Positions 1-11,805 of a stretch of DNA of 64,000 nt are shown in pieces; the stretch's first letter is position 1, and each line of letters begins with the position of its first letter. The notes under the pieces are model-generated. The model saw only the letters and a program-made list of their open reading frames with translations. It had not been told where the DNA came from and did not search any database. The DNA is taken from assembly GCA_030141605.1 (NCBI GenBank), contig JAQGDQ010000891.1, forward strand, positions 19,271 through 83,270, read 5' to 3'. The DNA is from Tubiluchus corallicola (taxonomy: Eukaryota > Animalia > Priapulida). The translations under genes and the position numbers were made by a program.

Positions 1-235
1 TGCACAATAGCTATTGAAACAGTATTTTGTTCTTTTAATTACCGAGAGAGGTCGCGTTTCCAGTTTATACAGTTGCACCACGAGGCTCAGAGCGGTTCCT
101 AGCTAGGGTACAGGGGGTATACTGTTAGGCCAGGACATGCGTATTCAGTAGACGATATGGAGTTACTGGAAAGGTTGAATTGACAACTTTAGGTTCCTTT
201 TCCACAACCGGTGTTTATGTAACCTCTTTCGATGA

Positions 236-266
<31 letters not shown>

Positions 267-566
267 GTGATGATAAGTCTTTATCAGGTTCTTTTTGCTA
301 GCAAAAATTCCTGTACGAAGAGTGTACGAATTCTACAATATTACGTGTTATGCATTCTGTAATTAGCTTTTTAATGGCGCGTCTAACATTATTTACAGTG
401 ATGTTAAACAAGAAGAGCGCTAAAATCAAGGTTATTAATGAAGCAAGTTTCCTGTCTAGTAACGTAAAGATGCAGTCCACAAGAAGTTACAACCAATAAT
501 CTTAAAAACTACACAAATTTAAACCCTATTTTACTCACATTTAGCAGCAAGATCTTAAAATAAAAC

Positions 567-831
567 GGTCAATGAGAGAAATTGCTGCAAATAGTATGGC
601 GAATGAAACCACCCGCTTACCAAGCAGGTTTGGTGCTGCTTAACTATTGTAGCGAAGCACACTATCATCACGGCTTAATCATTTAGCTATCTCGCCCAGG
701 GTCAATGAGAGAAATTGCTGGAAATAGTATGGCGAATGAAACCACCCGCTTACCAAGCAGGTTTGGTGCTGCTTAACTATTGTAGCGAAGCACACTATCA
801 TCACGGCTTAATCACGTAGCTATCTCGCCCA
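567..831. repeat. Direct tandem duplication, 133-bp period, 2 copies
   Basis: ggtcaatgagagaaattgctg...tagctatctcgccca is repeated almost perfectly. Confidence 0.9.
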
Positions 832-1736
832 TGATTCGTTCAACGTCTGCACGATTTCTACACATTCAGAACGTTTTCAAAATTCTCCATTGTGCTGGCA
901 CATCCGAAAATTTGTCGTCGCCAAACGCTGTCAATATTCATTCTCGAATTTCAGACAAGTTAAAAGATACGAAGAGTTTTTATTAGCAGACGAATGTCGT
1001 GATGCCGTTTTAGAAAGTCAAATGACGCGCGGAGAGAGGAGGCAATAATCATTAAAAATTAACGATTGAATTTTACTGCATGACAAAGTAAAAGCAAAAT
1101 CAGTCGCTGAAGAAATGCATGATTTCATTTATCAGTAGCGTTGAAAAACTGTTGCAATTTTACTGCCAGCATTGCAGAGTGACAAAATTACATTATCTAG
1201 CAGAACATGTAACAGCCGTAATAGCTTAGAGAAGTGAATACACTTTACAGGAAGGAAATAGAACATTTGGGGAGTGGAGTTACTAGAATCGTAAAGTGTA
1301 ACACGATAAAGAAAACTGTGGCGATACATAAGGGTGTTTCCACGAAACGGCTTTTTTTCCCTAACTACAGAAGAACAATGTTGGAAGCCATGTTAATAGA
1401 ACTCTGATGAAATCCATGGGGTCAAATTTTCTGATTCCTTGTTAGATATTTGAAGATGCAGAATGGTGTTCACAAATTGTGCATTTAAAGTCGTCTTGGG
1501 CGAACAAAATGAAGCCATACTTAATGGAAAACCTTCGGTCGCCAAAAACTGCGAAGCCAATTGCAGTTAGGCCAAAAACGCTAACGCTTGAAGCGGCTTC
1601 GGAACAAGTTTTCGTATTCGTACGGAGACGGATAAGTACATTCGAAAGTATCACTGCAGGCAATAGAAACCATATTGGACAATCATGAATAGATAGTGCT
1701 GGCATATTTTTGAACGGCAAAAATCTCTGTGCTAAC

Positions 1737-2482
1737 TGTTGCAGGTACAAATGTTTTGGTTCATTACCCCTTCTCAAGGTAGTATACGCATTGGAAGCCA
1801 CAATATATTAGACTGTAGTTCAACAAGCTAGACTACCCCTTCTCAAGGTAGTATATGCATTGGAAGCCACAATATATTAGACTTTAGTTCAACAAGCTAG
1901 ACTACTTTTTCTACTCTGACATTGTATAGGTGGAACTTGTTATGTACTCACGTCTCTGTTACATTTAAAATTTGACTTAGAATTATACTGTTATCTTTTA
2001 CTGGCTTTTTCTCACAAAGTATACCACAAATAGACCCTATATTCAAAGAATTTATATAGTGCCCATAGTATCTAACAAAGTTAGTGTAATGTATACGCTC
2101 AAACCAAAGTTGCGTTCCCATATCTACGTTAGTTTATTCTGCAAAAAATACAAATTTTCTGTAGTCTACAATTACTACCTTTACAAAACTACTGAAATAA
2201 AAGTGCTAGAAAATAAGTGCTACAGATTACTACGTTACACTAAAAAGCTAAAATGCGTACATACATTGTTGGTTCAATATTGAGTCGAGATAAAGCCAGA
2301 ATGTCAGTAAAAGGTAGCAGCATAATTACAAGTTAAATTTTAAATGTAACAGAGACGTGTGTTCAGCTATACAATGTCAGAGTAGAAAAAGTAGTCTAGC
2401 ATGTTGAACTACAGTCTGTGGCTTCTAATGCATATACTACCTTGGGAAGGGGTAATGGCCCACAACATTTGTACCTGCAACA
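1737..2482. repeat. Long imperfect inverted repeat (foldback-like element), arms about 1737-2012 and 2287-2482
   Basis: tgttgcaggtacaaatgt...ctgttacatttaaaattt matches the reverse complement in the right arm; the left arm has a tandem duplication of about 69 bp. Confidence 0.75.
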
Positions 2483-3447
2483 TTATTGTTTTTTATCGTT
2501 CTATACTTCATTCAGTATTGGCACCTCATATTACTAGTTGAAGTGCTTGGTAATCATTGTTTTATTACAATGCGTACGTGATTGTCTGCATAGCTAACAC
2601 AATGGCGCCTTCAGACTAAGTAATTCGCCTCGCTAGCGAGTTCAAACAAGAGAACAAAACTTGTGAGTTACTCTCCGACAGTAAGCGCCAAAGTCACTCT
2701 CATGTTTATGTTTCCATATTTTCACTGCAAGAAGTGTCGAGAGTAACTCGGCGATGCGTTCACACTAGACTGTATATCAACTCACAACAACTGCTCTAAA
2801 GTATACCGCAAATAGACCCTATACAAAGAACTCATATAGTGCCCATAGTATCTAACAAAGTTAGCACAGAGATTTTTGCTGTTCAAAAATATGCCAGCAA
2901 TATCTATTCTTGCGGACAGTAACTCGTAAACCGGTTCACATTTGCGAGTTTGCTGTCGGAGAGAGAGAAGTATTGGGACAGAACGATGCCAATTAAGTAC
3001 CTCAGCGTTCCAAGAAATGGGAGAACAGAATGTCCCAATAACAAAAGGGCAGACTATCACACTTTATAGTAATAGTATTTGCGCGCTCTCGATTAGTATA
3101 TCACTGGTAAATGTAGCACGTATCTGATTCATAAGGATGACAAGATTTAGTTTAATTAAGCTGACAGCTGCGTGATAATTTTCGTGTTACTTGAGCCGTT
3201 TATTAAAATGAACTAGCTCATTTCTCGAATGACGGGAAATGGATGATGGTGTCGTTTACTGCATATAATAATAATTATAGCGGTCAATAATATAATTAGC
3301 AAGACAAAAGGTATTTAGACCTGCCAATGTTATTGGAACTGTAAACTGATCTACACGAAGAACCAAGCAGTGGCAAAAACGCAAGAAATTCTCTTATTAG
3401 TGTGAAAATAACGAATTCTAATGCAACAAGAATATTGTTCTTCCTAC

Positions 3448-4084
3448 CTTTTGTCAAATTGAAGTTGTCCAAGTTACTGGCGTGCTGTTTTAGTGTCCAA
3501 AACCACTCCGAGTCATTTCCCAGATAATCGTACTGTACAGACAAGTCTTTGACCATAATCATGGAGCTGTCGTTTCTTTCTCTGTGGGCATAAGGGCAGA
3601 AGAGGCGGTAATCTTTGTACACTCTGTAATCGTGACAGTTTCCAGCCGCAAAGATTGCCTGATCCAGTTCCACCATGGTACGCACAAGAGAGTACAGCAG
3701 CTCCTCGGAATCGGTAACCTCCGGAGAATACTTCCATACCCGCGTGAGAAAGTTGGCTCTATTGACGGCGACAAGTGCCTGATGTTTGAACCGCCCCACC
3801 CCGTACTGGTCAACCACCCCCTCTCCCAGGTTGACCTGAGTGCCTGCTGTACAGTTTTCGATATTGCGTTCGAGTTCTTCGACAATTTGCAGGAATTTTC
3901 CAACTAAATCGGCCGCGCTAGGTGTGGGATGCGGAGTAGGGCCATCCTCACTACTTTCCAAACCGTCCGTCGCTGTTGTATTCAACGAACTTCCTTCGTC
4001 CGCTGAAGTTGTTTCACAATTTGCACTTTGCACTAACAAACAGCTGATTAAACTGATTGAAAAATAAACAAAAACTGGCTTCAT
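3448..4084 (-). CDS. First coding exon of a GPR158/GPR179-like (Drosophila CG31760-type) class C orphan GPCR: signal peptide plus start of the extracellular Cache-like domain; remaining exons not found in the window
   Basis: ATG at 4084 (MKPVFVYFSISLISCLLVQSANC, signal-peptide-like). Motifs QALVAVNRANFLTRVW, LLYSLVRTMVE..AIFAAGNC, FCPYAHR and DLSVQYDYL..SEWF resemble GPR158-family ectodomains. Donor AAG|GTAGGA ends the exon at 3448; the ORF beyond it looks like intron read-through. Confidence 0.75.
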
Positions 4085-4746
4085 CGTGTTTGAAAAACTA
4101 GAATTTTCAGCTTCAATCAAACTACAAAACATATGCGTTACCCATTGCAAACTTTTCAACAATTTTAATCTTGAAAACGTGTTTTTTTATCCACGTATCG
4201 TCACAGTCGAAGCAACAAATTCACTTATTGTTTCTCATTATCATGTTTATTTGCTGCTCTGACATCCGCGCTGATCAGGCCTGGTTTACACCAGTCAGTC
4301 AGTCAGTCGAAGCTGTTGCTTCATCGCTACCCGGTGGCCCCGTGAAGCCTTACAGCTCGTGTGACGTCATTAGTGCAACAGCCAATATGCGTGAAGATAA
4401 TGAAATTTCGCTCCGCTGCAGTAATTTGCACAATAGATTAGCAGAGGATGATAATATTATTATATATATAAGAAAGTTTTGCCTGTGCAGTGAAAGATAC
4501 TAGAAGAGTTGAACCATTATTTAAACGAATATAATTATTTACACACACGGGTGCATGTGCAACCTTTTATTCTGTTTCCAGTAAGAAGCCCAGCAACTTC
4601 ATGGGAGGCTCAAGATTATTTTCACGCCTGTTTTTCTTCGTGTGTGAAGTCTACATAATAATACTATTATTACAATGTCTATGTCACTGCCTCAAACATG
4701 TTTGCATATGTTTCTTGAAAAAACACGTGATATGATAATAGACTAG

Positions 4747-4860
4747 GAGGGCCTATTTCAAGGGGGGGGGGGAGTGGGGATAGTTCCCCGAGGCCTCACC
4801 CTGTAGGGGGGTAGGTAACATTTTTTTGCTTTATGCGAACATACTGCCTCCTTTCTCTCG

Positions 4861-4900
<40 letters not shown>

Positions 4901-5149
4901 CCGCACGCGCGCCGTTTGCCAGTATTGACAAGTATTAAGAACTGGTCTTGAGAATAAAGCAGTTTTTCTTTCAATTGTTCTTTCCTTTAACAACTGTATA
5001 ACTCCATATTTTCTCTTCGAAAATGCTTCTCCGACGTTCTAGCAGTTCAAAAATTTTCTGGGTGCCAACCATGGTAGCGCTCGCTCCCATCCGATGGGGC
5101 CTCGCACGCCCCACTTCCCTGGGCCTCGCCTAGGCTGAAATAGGCCCTG
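4747..5149. mobile_element. hAT-type MITE family D carrying an internal (CT)n/(AG)n microsatellite
   Basis: TIR (C)AGGGCCTATTTC; 8-bp TSD tagactag/tggactag; inverted copy at 21046-21470, fragment near 6285-6370. Confidence 0.85.
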
Positions 5150-6185
5150 TGGACTAGCGAAGTTCAAAATGAGTTGATTGGGTTAGACAGATGAAATCAT
5201 ATCGAAATGTAATCAGAAAATATCCGCTGGTTTGAAATGTTGCTATAGTTTCCGACATATTCAACAGTCCTAAGACTCTCACTCAGACGTATTTACATTC
5301 TTGACACAATAAATATCGCTGTGAAATTTGCAAAGAAGATTCGCAACTTATGTTACAGAGACGCAATTATGATAGAGAAATTCACTGACTTTAGTACTAA
5401 TATGACAACCTGTCCACTACGAGCACCACGAGCAGCTAGTTTGACTCGCTGAATTAACAGTTTCACAAGTATTTTGTATGGATCTTGATGATTTTAATAA
5501 TGCAGAATTTTATATCCTAATTTAATTATGGTTAGATACGCACGTTGCATTGCAGAACATTGACATGGAATTAAATAAGGCTGCATTTTGAATGAAAACA
5601 TAGCTTCATTTTTTAATACCCGGGGCTATTATTTCACTCAAATTGTTCATTATATTTGTGTTGTAACCACATTAAGGTGAGTTATGAACTATCGCTGTAC
5701 AACAGCCAGCTACGTCTTCATGCTAAAACTGCGCCGTACCTCCATCTATTGGCAACGAGAAGAATTATTTGTTCGTTGCCGTTCATCGATGGATAAAATT
5801 CATAATTCTTACTAATAATCACATGCTTCATTTATCACTTGGAATTAAATTGAATTCAGACTGTGCATTATGTTTAATAAAATCATAAAAAAATGGAAAT
5901 CTTAATTGTTAATGTGAACATTTAATAATTTTTGTTACAATTCTGCATCTCTTTACACGCATTGCAGCCGAGAGGCTTAACATCTGGAATAAAGAAACAC
6001 TGAACCTGTTCGGTAAATGGATAACCATCCGGAAAACGCCTTTGCACAGTTTCATCTGCCCTACAGCTCCCGATCTTTTACCTCGTTTAGTTGAGGGAGG
6101 ATGCATGCACCTTCAGAACATGGCACTCAGTTCGGCTCCTCCTACAAGATTATCCTTAATGCGATCGGTTCAGCTCCCGCCACAA

Positions 6186-6210
6186 TATATTATTATTATT
6201 ATTATTATTA

Positions 6211-6283
<73 letters not shown>
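6186..6283. repeat. (TAT)n microsatellite
   Basis: Direct reading. Confidence 0.95.
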
Positions 6284-6284
<1 letters not shown>

Positions 6285-7109
6285 TTAGCCTAAGCCAGGC
6301 CTGGGGAAGTGGGGCGCGTGAGGCCCCTTCGGGAGGGGGGGGGGGGGCAAAGCGCCAGTGGGCCTATAACGCTACAGTGTATTAGTGTTAGTACTGCTTA
6401 TAATAAAGATTTAATTATTACGAATGACATTAAATTGATATGCTTATAACGTGATAATACAATTCATACACAGTAATAATAAGTTCATAATAAAAAAATC
6501 AAACAAGAACTGAAAATAAAAATCTGACAACGGAAACATAAGAACAATGGCAACTTCATAACATAAGCATAATTCTTAGACAGTCAAAAATAAATTATCA
6601 TGTAAATAATAGAACTGAGAATCAGGTTTATCTATATATTGATATATTGAAGTATATTAAATTGGGCGTTAATTTTCATGCACAGGCATACAGAAGTTAC
6701 AATTTACATAAGAAAAAGCCTCATCATGTGGGGAAAAACAACCGGAATAAACAATAACATTGTAAACAATATTGTAAGTTGTGTGTTATTGTCGTGCATA
6801 AGCAAGCAAATGTATAATGGAGTCATTAAAAAATTACAAAGCGATTTTTGATGATCTGAGGTAAAATAAATAAGCAGATAGTTAAAGCACAAAAAATTAC
6901 CTCTATGACTGCATGAGGAGATTGACAATTGGAGTCCAGACTTTGAAAATGATTTACAGAAGTTAGATAATAAACAATTAAGTATGGAAGTTAATTGAAC
7001 CTGGTATAACAATAACTGCTCTTGCACGCAGTTAGACTATTTATTATGGTGGCATGATCAAGCGGTCAAGCGGTCAAGTGACCGACCTGGTCCGGTCACC
7101 TTCACATAA

Positions 7110-7772
7110 ATCCTAATGTTGTTTCAATGTGTTCAATTCCAAAAATGTCCACTGGGACATCGGACATTGGACTTTAACGCAAAACTGGACACTGGAGAGT
7201 TTATTAAAGAGCCACTAAAAATTCAAGTTATTTACCTACAAATAGAATTTCTCCACCACTTTAAAAAGAAATTAAAAGAATATCAGTATAACAGGTTTCA
7301 ACTTCCACATTGTGCATCTGATACTAATTACACAGGCTCAACTTTCATCTACCCCCGCCCCTGACTCCATAAAACGATTAAAAATGAAAATTTTTAAAAA
7401 AATTATGTAATGAAATACGTGTTATGTTAGTTTTGTAATGTCAAATGTATAAATAGTGTAAAAGTAATGAGTGAAATTTATGTAATGTAAAGCATGTTTC
7501 TGTTAATTGTGTCATGTCAAATGTATATATAGTGTAAAATATGTCATGTAAAATTTAATGTACTTTTGTAATATTGTTTTGTAAAAATATTTTAATATGG
7601 TGTTTGTAAATATGTTCATTTATTGTATATAATTAGGCCTTAGTTTTGCACTTTAGTTTTTTTAGTCTGCACTGGACGCATTTGTCTTGAACAGTGTTGT
7701 TATTTTAACATTACGCTGAGGCTTACTCAATTTTATTATAATGAGTGAACCATTTTAATGACAAATAAAGAA

Positions 7773-7824
<52 letters not shown>

Positions 7825-8558
7825 TATTAATGTGCAAAATAGCGTAACTACTAATAATGTTTAGGGTTTCAAAATTTTATAAAATTAGTATTGATATGAA
7901 AGAAGTTAGAGTATTTTTAAAGTGAAATGAAAACCAATATGAACCTATTTCCTTGTTCAGCGTATTTATCATTAACTTTATATAAATAAACAAAGCGCAC
8001 AACACGACTATTAAAGTGAAAATATAGGAGTGCACACGCAATTATAGGTTCAACCATTCCAGAATAACAGATTTACCTTTTTTCCAAATCTTATCGTTAA
8101 TTCCAGAACAAGCAATCTAAAACAAATTAGGACAAATACCCACTACGGAACGAACTCTATAATCAAACAAGCAATTCTACTTTGGAATTCTCTATCATTA
8201 CAGGTTAAACAAATCAAGTCCCTATCAGCATTTAAAACAAAATTAAAATCACTAATATTAACCAGATATGAAATACCATCACACCAGTACGACAACATAC
8301 ACACTAATTCAGAATTTATATATCCACGGCCATATTAATTAAATCATAATTTTTCATTTTTTTGTGCATAGTTGTAAATATGTTTGATTTTATTCGTCGT
8401 TACTTTCCATTACAGCACAGTAGTTTAGATGGCACTGACGCATTTGCCTTTAGCAGTGTAAGTTTTTATTAACTAACACTGATTGATCATCTCTGTAAAG
8501 TTTTTATCAGTGATTATCATTGTATTTTAATGGCAAATAAAGATTATTAAATATATAA

Positions 8559-8600
<42 letters not shown>
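7110..8600 (+). mobile_element. Two related decayed LINE 3' ends, each ending in AAATAAAG plus (TA)n
   Basis: Shared GCACTG(G)ACGCATTTG..CAGTGT stem and AAATAAAGA tail near 7670-7770 and 8430-8545. Confidence 0.45.
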
Positions 8601-8605
<5 letters not shown>

Positions 8606-8703
8606 CTGTGCTTTACTGGGTATTAATATGTAAGCCTGTAACTAGTGTTCTCTTCCTAAAGCCTAGATCAACCCAAATCTGTGTCCACGTATGTATCTAC
8701 GGA

Positions 8704-10365
8704 TCAAATTGGCATAAATATCGATGAATAGCATTGCTGAAGTTTCAAAAGAACTTTTACAACAATAGCACTGTTTTGATAAACAAACCCTTCACGCAGA
8801 GCAATATGGCGCACCGAATGTAGCAATTTCGACAAAGTCCAACACTTTGTGGGTCCATCGTTAAGAACAGATTCAACTGTCTTACTCTCGGTATCGTTAA
8901 CAATAAACATCCTTGAACCTGAATACAATTTCACATTTTCGTCATGGAGTTTCTCATCTGGCATGACGCAGAATGTCAACCACAAGTCTTCATGTTTGTA
9001 CAGTATCAGCTTGTAAATTCTGCCGGCTGCAGAAATTCCACGTTTGTTGTAAAATTCTCTGTGAAAACTGACGGGAATTTCGGACAATTCGGTCAGTGGG
9101 AGCTCAAACACCACAACGTCTTCTGTAACGTTTGCAGACATGATGGTTTCCAAAGGAACGAGCTCATCGTCCAGTACAAACGGCAACTGGGTTTTTGACG
9201 TTTCCACAGAGAGTGATGGAGTTCTAACTTTAAGAGAAACATGTAGAGTAATTTCACTAATATTTTGACAAAGCTTGGAGACATATTGCTCTGACAGTAT
9301 GGTGCAAGTTGACCACTCATTAGAAGCGTCCCTTTCGAGTTTTTCGCTTACCAAATGCTTAAAATGTTTGTTTCTTACATCAATCCAAGACTCGTTATTA
9401 ACGATAATTAGATCCTCATCAACAAGAAGCACTGCTACTGATAATACTAACTGTTTCTCCGTTAAATATAACATTAGACGACAGTTGGCTTTTTTGGACT
9501 GAATCACTTGGTTTTCATTCCAATTAATAACACATTTCTGATGTTCATAGTACATTAAATTTGTCTCTTTGAAGACCCTACTTGCAGCTTCAGCTTGCAT
9601 GTTAAACGTCACATTTGTTCTGCCAACTCGCAACCTGGCGGATCTGTTAAATTCAGACATTTCAGGCGTTCTGTATATTGCAGTCATGTAATCCTGCATT
9701 CGCAAGTCAGATGAAATTACCTGTTCCTCTAACATGGCAAACCTGATGTTGTCATGAACTGATTTCAATGCGTGATACATGTTCAAAGAGCTTGGATTCA
9801 TGTTCTCTTGCTGACATTGTCTTTCAGCCCAAGATAAAACTCTGTCGAATAGCACAGATTCATTCACATTTAGCGCCTTTTCTCCGGTAACCATGGCAAC
9901 CGTACGGGAGCTCAATTTTAGGAACTTTTCAGATGTAACAAATTCGTGCGCAAACTCTGCTATTAGTTCTAAACACGCATGTTTTAGATCCGCGTATGCG
10001 TACCCATACAACTCCAACGCTGCAATGATATCATATACGTTATGCATGCTCATTACAGATTTGAGATAAGAAATGATTTCATTTTCTAGACACGGTAGAT
10101 TGTACTTAACAGCCAGGTAAAGCAGCGGAAGTGCAGTTTCCCCAGAGGGCACCACCTCGCCTGTATGCAGAAACTTGATCATCTCGCTAAAGGATTCAGC
10201 ATCCACATCAGATATGTGCACAACACTAGTAGGTTCACATGCAAGAGGTCCAGAAAACATGGCCAAAAAAACATCGCCACTGTTTAGCATCACGTGGAGT
10301 TTAGCTTTAATTTTTGTATCGCCCACTGAGAAAGAAACCTCTGATTCAATCTCACTTTCCTGCAT
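8704..10365 (-). CDS. Intronless BTB/POZ-BACK domain protein (553 aa), probable Cullin-3 adaptor, with a C-terminal region resembling two MATH/TRAF-like domains
   Basis: Long ATG-started ORF. BTB signature (SEVSFSVG..KAKLHVML..SGDVFLAMFSG..ISDVDAESFSEMIKFLHTG..LLYLAVKYNL) and BACK signature (FLKLSS..LNVNESVLFDRVLSW..IRFAML). Confidence 0.88.
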   Translation of the reverse strand: MQESEIESEVSFSVGDTKIKAKLHVMLNSGDVFLAMFSGPLACEPTSVVHISDVDAESFSEMIKFLHTGEVVPSGETALPLLYLAVKYNLPCLENEIISYLKSVMSMHNVYDIIAALELYGYAYADLKHACLELIAEFAHEFVTSEKFLKLSSRTVAMVTGEKALNVNESVLFDRVLSWAERQCQQENMNPSSLNMYHALKSVHDNIRFAMLEEQVISSDLRMQDYMTAIYRTPEMSEFNRSARLRVGRTNVTFNMQAEAASRVFKETNLMYYEHQKCVINWNENQVIQSKKANCRLMLYLTEKQLVLSVAVLLVDEDLIIVNNESWIDVRNKHFKHLVSEKLERDASNEWSTCTILSEQYVSKLCQNISEITLHVSLKVRTPSLSVETSKTQLPFVLDDELVPLETIMSANVTEDVVVFELPLTELSEIPVSFHREFYNKRGISAAGRIYKLILYKHEDLWLTFCVMPDEKLHDENVKLYSGSRMFIVNDTESKTVESVLNDGPTKCWTLSKLLHSVRHIALREGFVYQNSAIVVKVLLKLQQCYSSIFMPI

Positions 10366-11423
10366 ATTCGAACGATTCGTCGTACTATTGTTTCCTTACA
10401 TTATATAAAATACATTATAATAAACACCAGGTAGGATATTAGTAGTCTCCTAATACACACTGGAGAAAGTATACAAAGGGGGTATATAATAATCATTGTC
10501 TTATCAGCAAAAAGGGGTTAATTAAACAGAGCTAATACCTACATCTTACTGTTACTAATCTTCGGTTTGCACGTGTCACATATTTTTGCGAACTTGCTAT
10601 GACCCTTGCAATAACAAAGAAAGAATTCCACCTGCACGCCTGCAAACGGCGGGTTTAAATACATAACTGAGTGCAAAATCCACAAAAAAACTGCAAATAG
10701 TACAGTAATTTATCGTAATTTAGTAAAAATTATAGGTAGGAACAATTTTTCTAGTAGTACTTAAATCTGCACATATATCTGTCTGCAATAATTCAAAATT
10801 ACAAGTTATGTGTTCAGTGGTTGCATAATTATACATACAGTTACGTGTAGATTTCAATACGATGCTTTTACCATGTCCTTTTACCAAAATGGACGTATAG
10901 TACAAGTCCACTTTTTGTGAGAAAATAATTGCTGAACACTGGCACTCGTTAAGAAACTTGGTCAGTCAAGTGTTTTTATCGTTACATCATACTCGATATA
11001 TTCGTTATATTCGATTTATAGACTTCATTGCTATATAGTACATATATATATACATTGATGTACATATATATAGTTCATTGACAGTAATATTTTCATTTAC
11101 AACATGTGGGATAAACAATATGGCATAGTTTTGATGTAGTGGTGCCTAAGGATTGATGGCTATTAATGTATTTTATAAGCTAATAAACCAGATGTTTGAT
11201 ACTGCCCAGCTACCATTAATAGTCTCTCTATTTGTCTTCAGAGAATTCCCAATATCAGATCAAGTTGTAATATAATAATCTGATAATAACACAAACGTCT
11301 AATCATTCACAAAAAAGTGCCATTTATATGCATACAGTAGGAGTATATACATACACTTAAACAAATGACCTCCGCTATAACGAGACTCGGTTATAGCGAG
11401 CAAGCTTTCAGGGTTCCTTGAAA

Positions 11424-11793
11424 CTCATTATAAGCGGATTATACTATAGTCGTTATAAGCGGAGTATACTATAGTCGTTATAAGCTGAGTATACTATAGT
11501 CGTTATAAGCGGAGTATACTATAGTCGTTATAAGCGGAGTATACTATAGTCGTTATAAGCGGAGTATACTATAGTCGTTATAAGCGGAGTATACTATAGT
11601 CGTTATAAGCGGAGTATACTATAGTCGTTATAAGCGGAGTATACTACAGTCGTTATAAGCGGAGTATACTATAGTCGTTATAAGCGGAGTATACTACAGT
11701 CGTTATAAGCGGAGTATACTATAGTCGTTATAAGCGGAGTATACTATAGTCGTTATAAGCGGAGTATACTATAGTCGTTATAAGCGAAGTATA
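11424..11793. repeat. 25-bp minisatellite (gtcgttataagcggagtatactata), about 15 units
   Basis: Exact period 25 from 11449 to 11774; no unique spacers. Confidence 0.95.
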
Positions 11794-11805
11794 GGTATTT
11801 CCTAT

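Noticed and set aside
3296-3447. C-terminal hydrophobic tail of the 288-aa ORF as a transmembrane helix
   Set aside because: It lies past the GT donor at 3447 and is most likely intron read-through.
11424-11793. CRISPR-like array of 25-bp palindromic repeats
   Set aside because: Units are head-to-tail with no unique spacers, there are no cas genes, and the context is eukaryotic.
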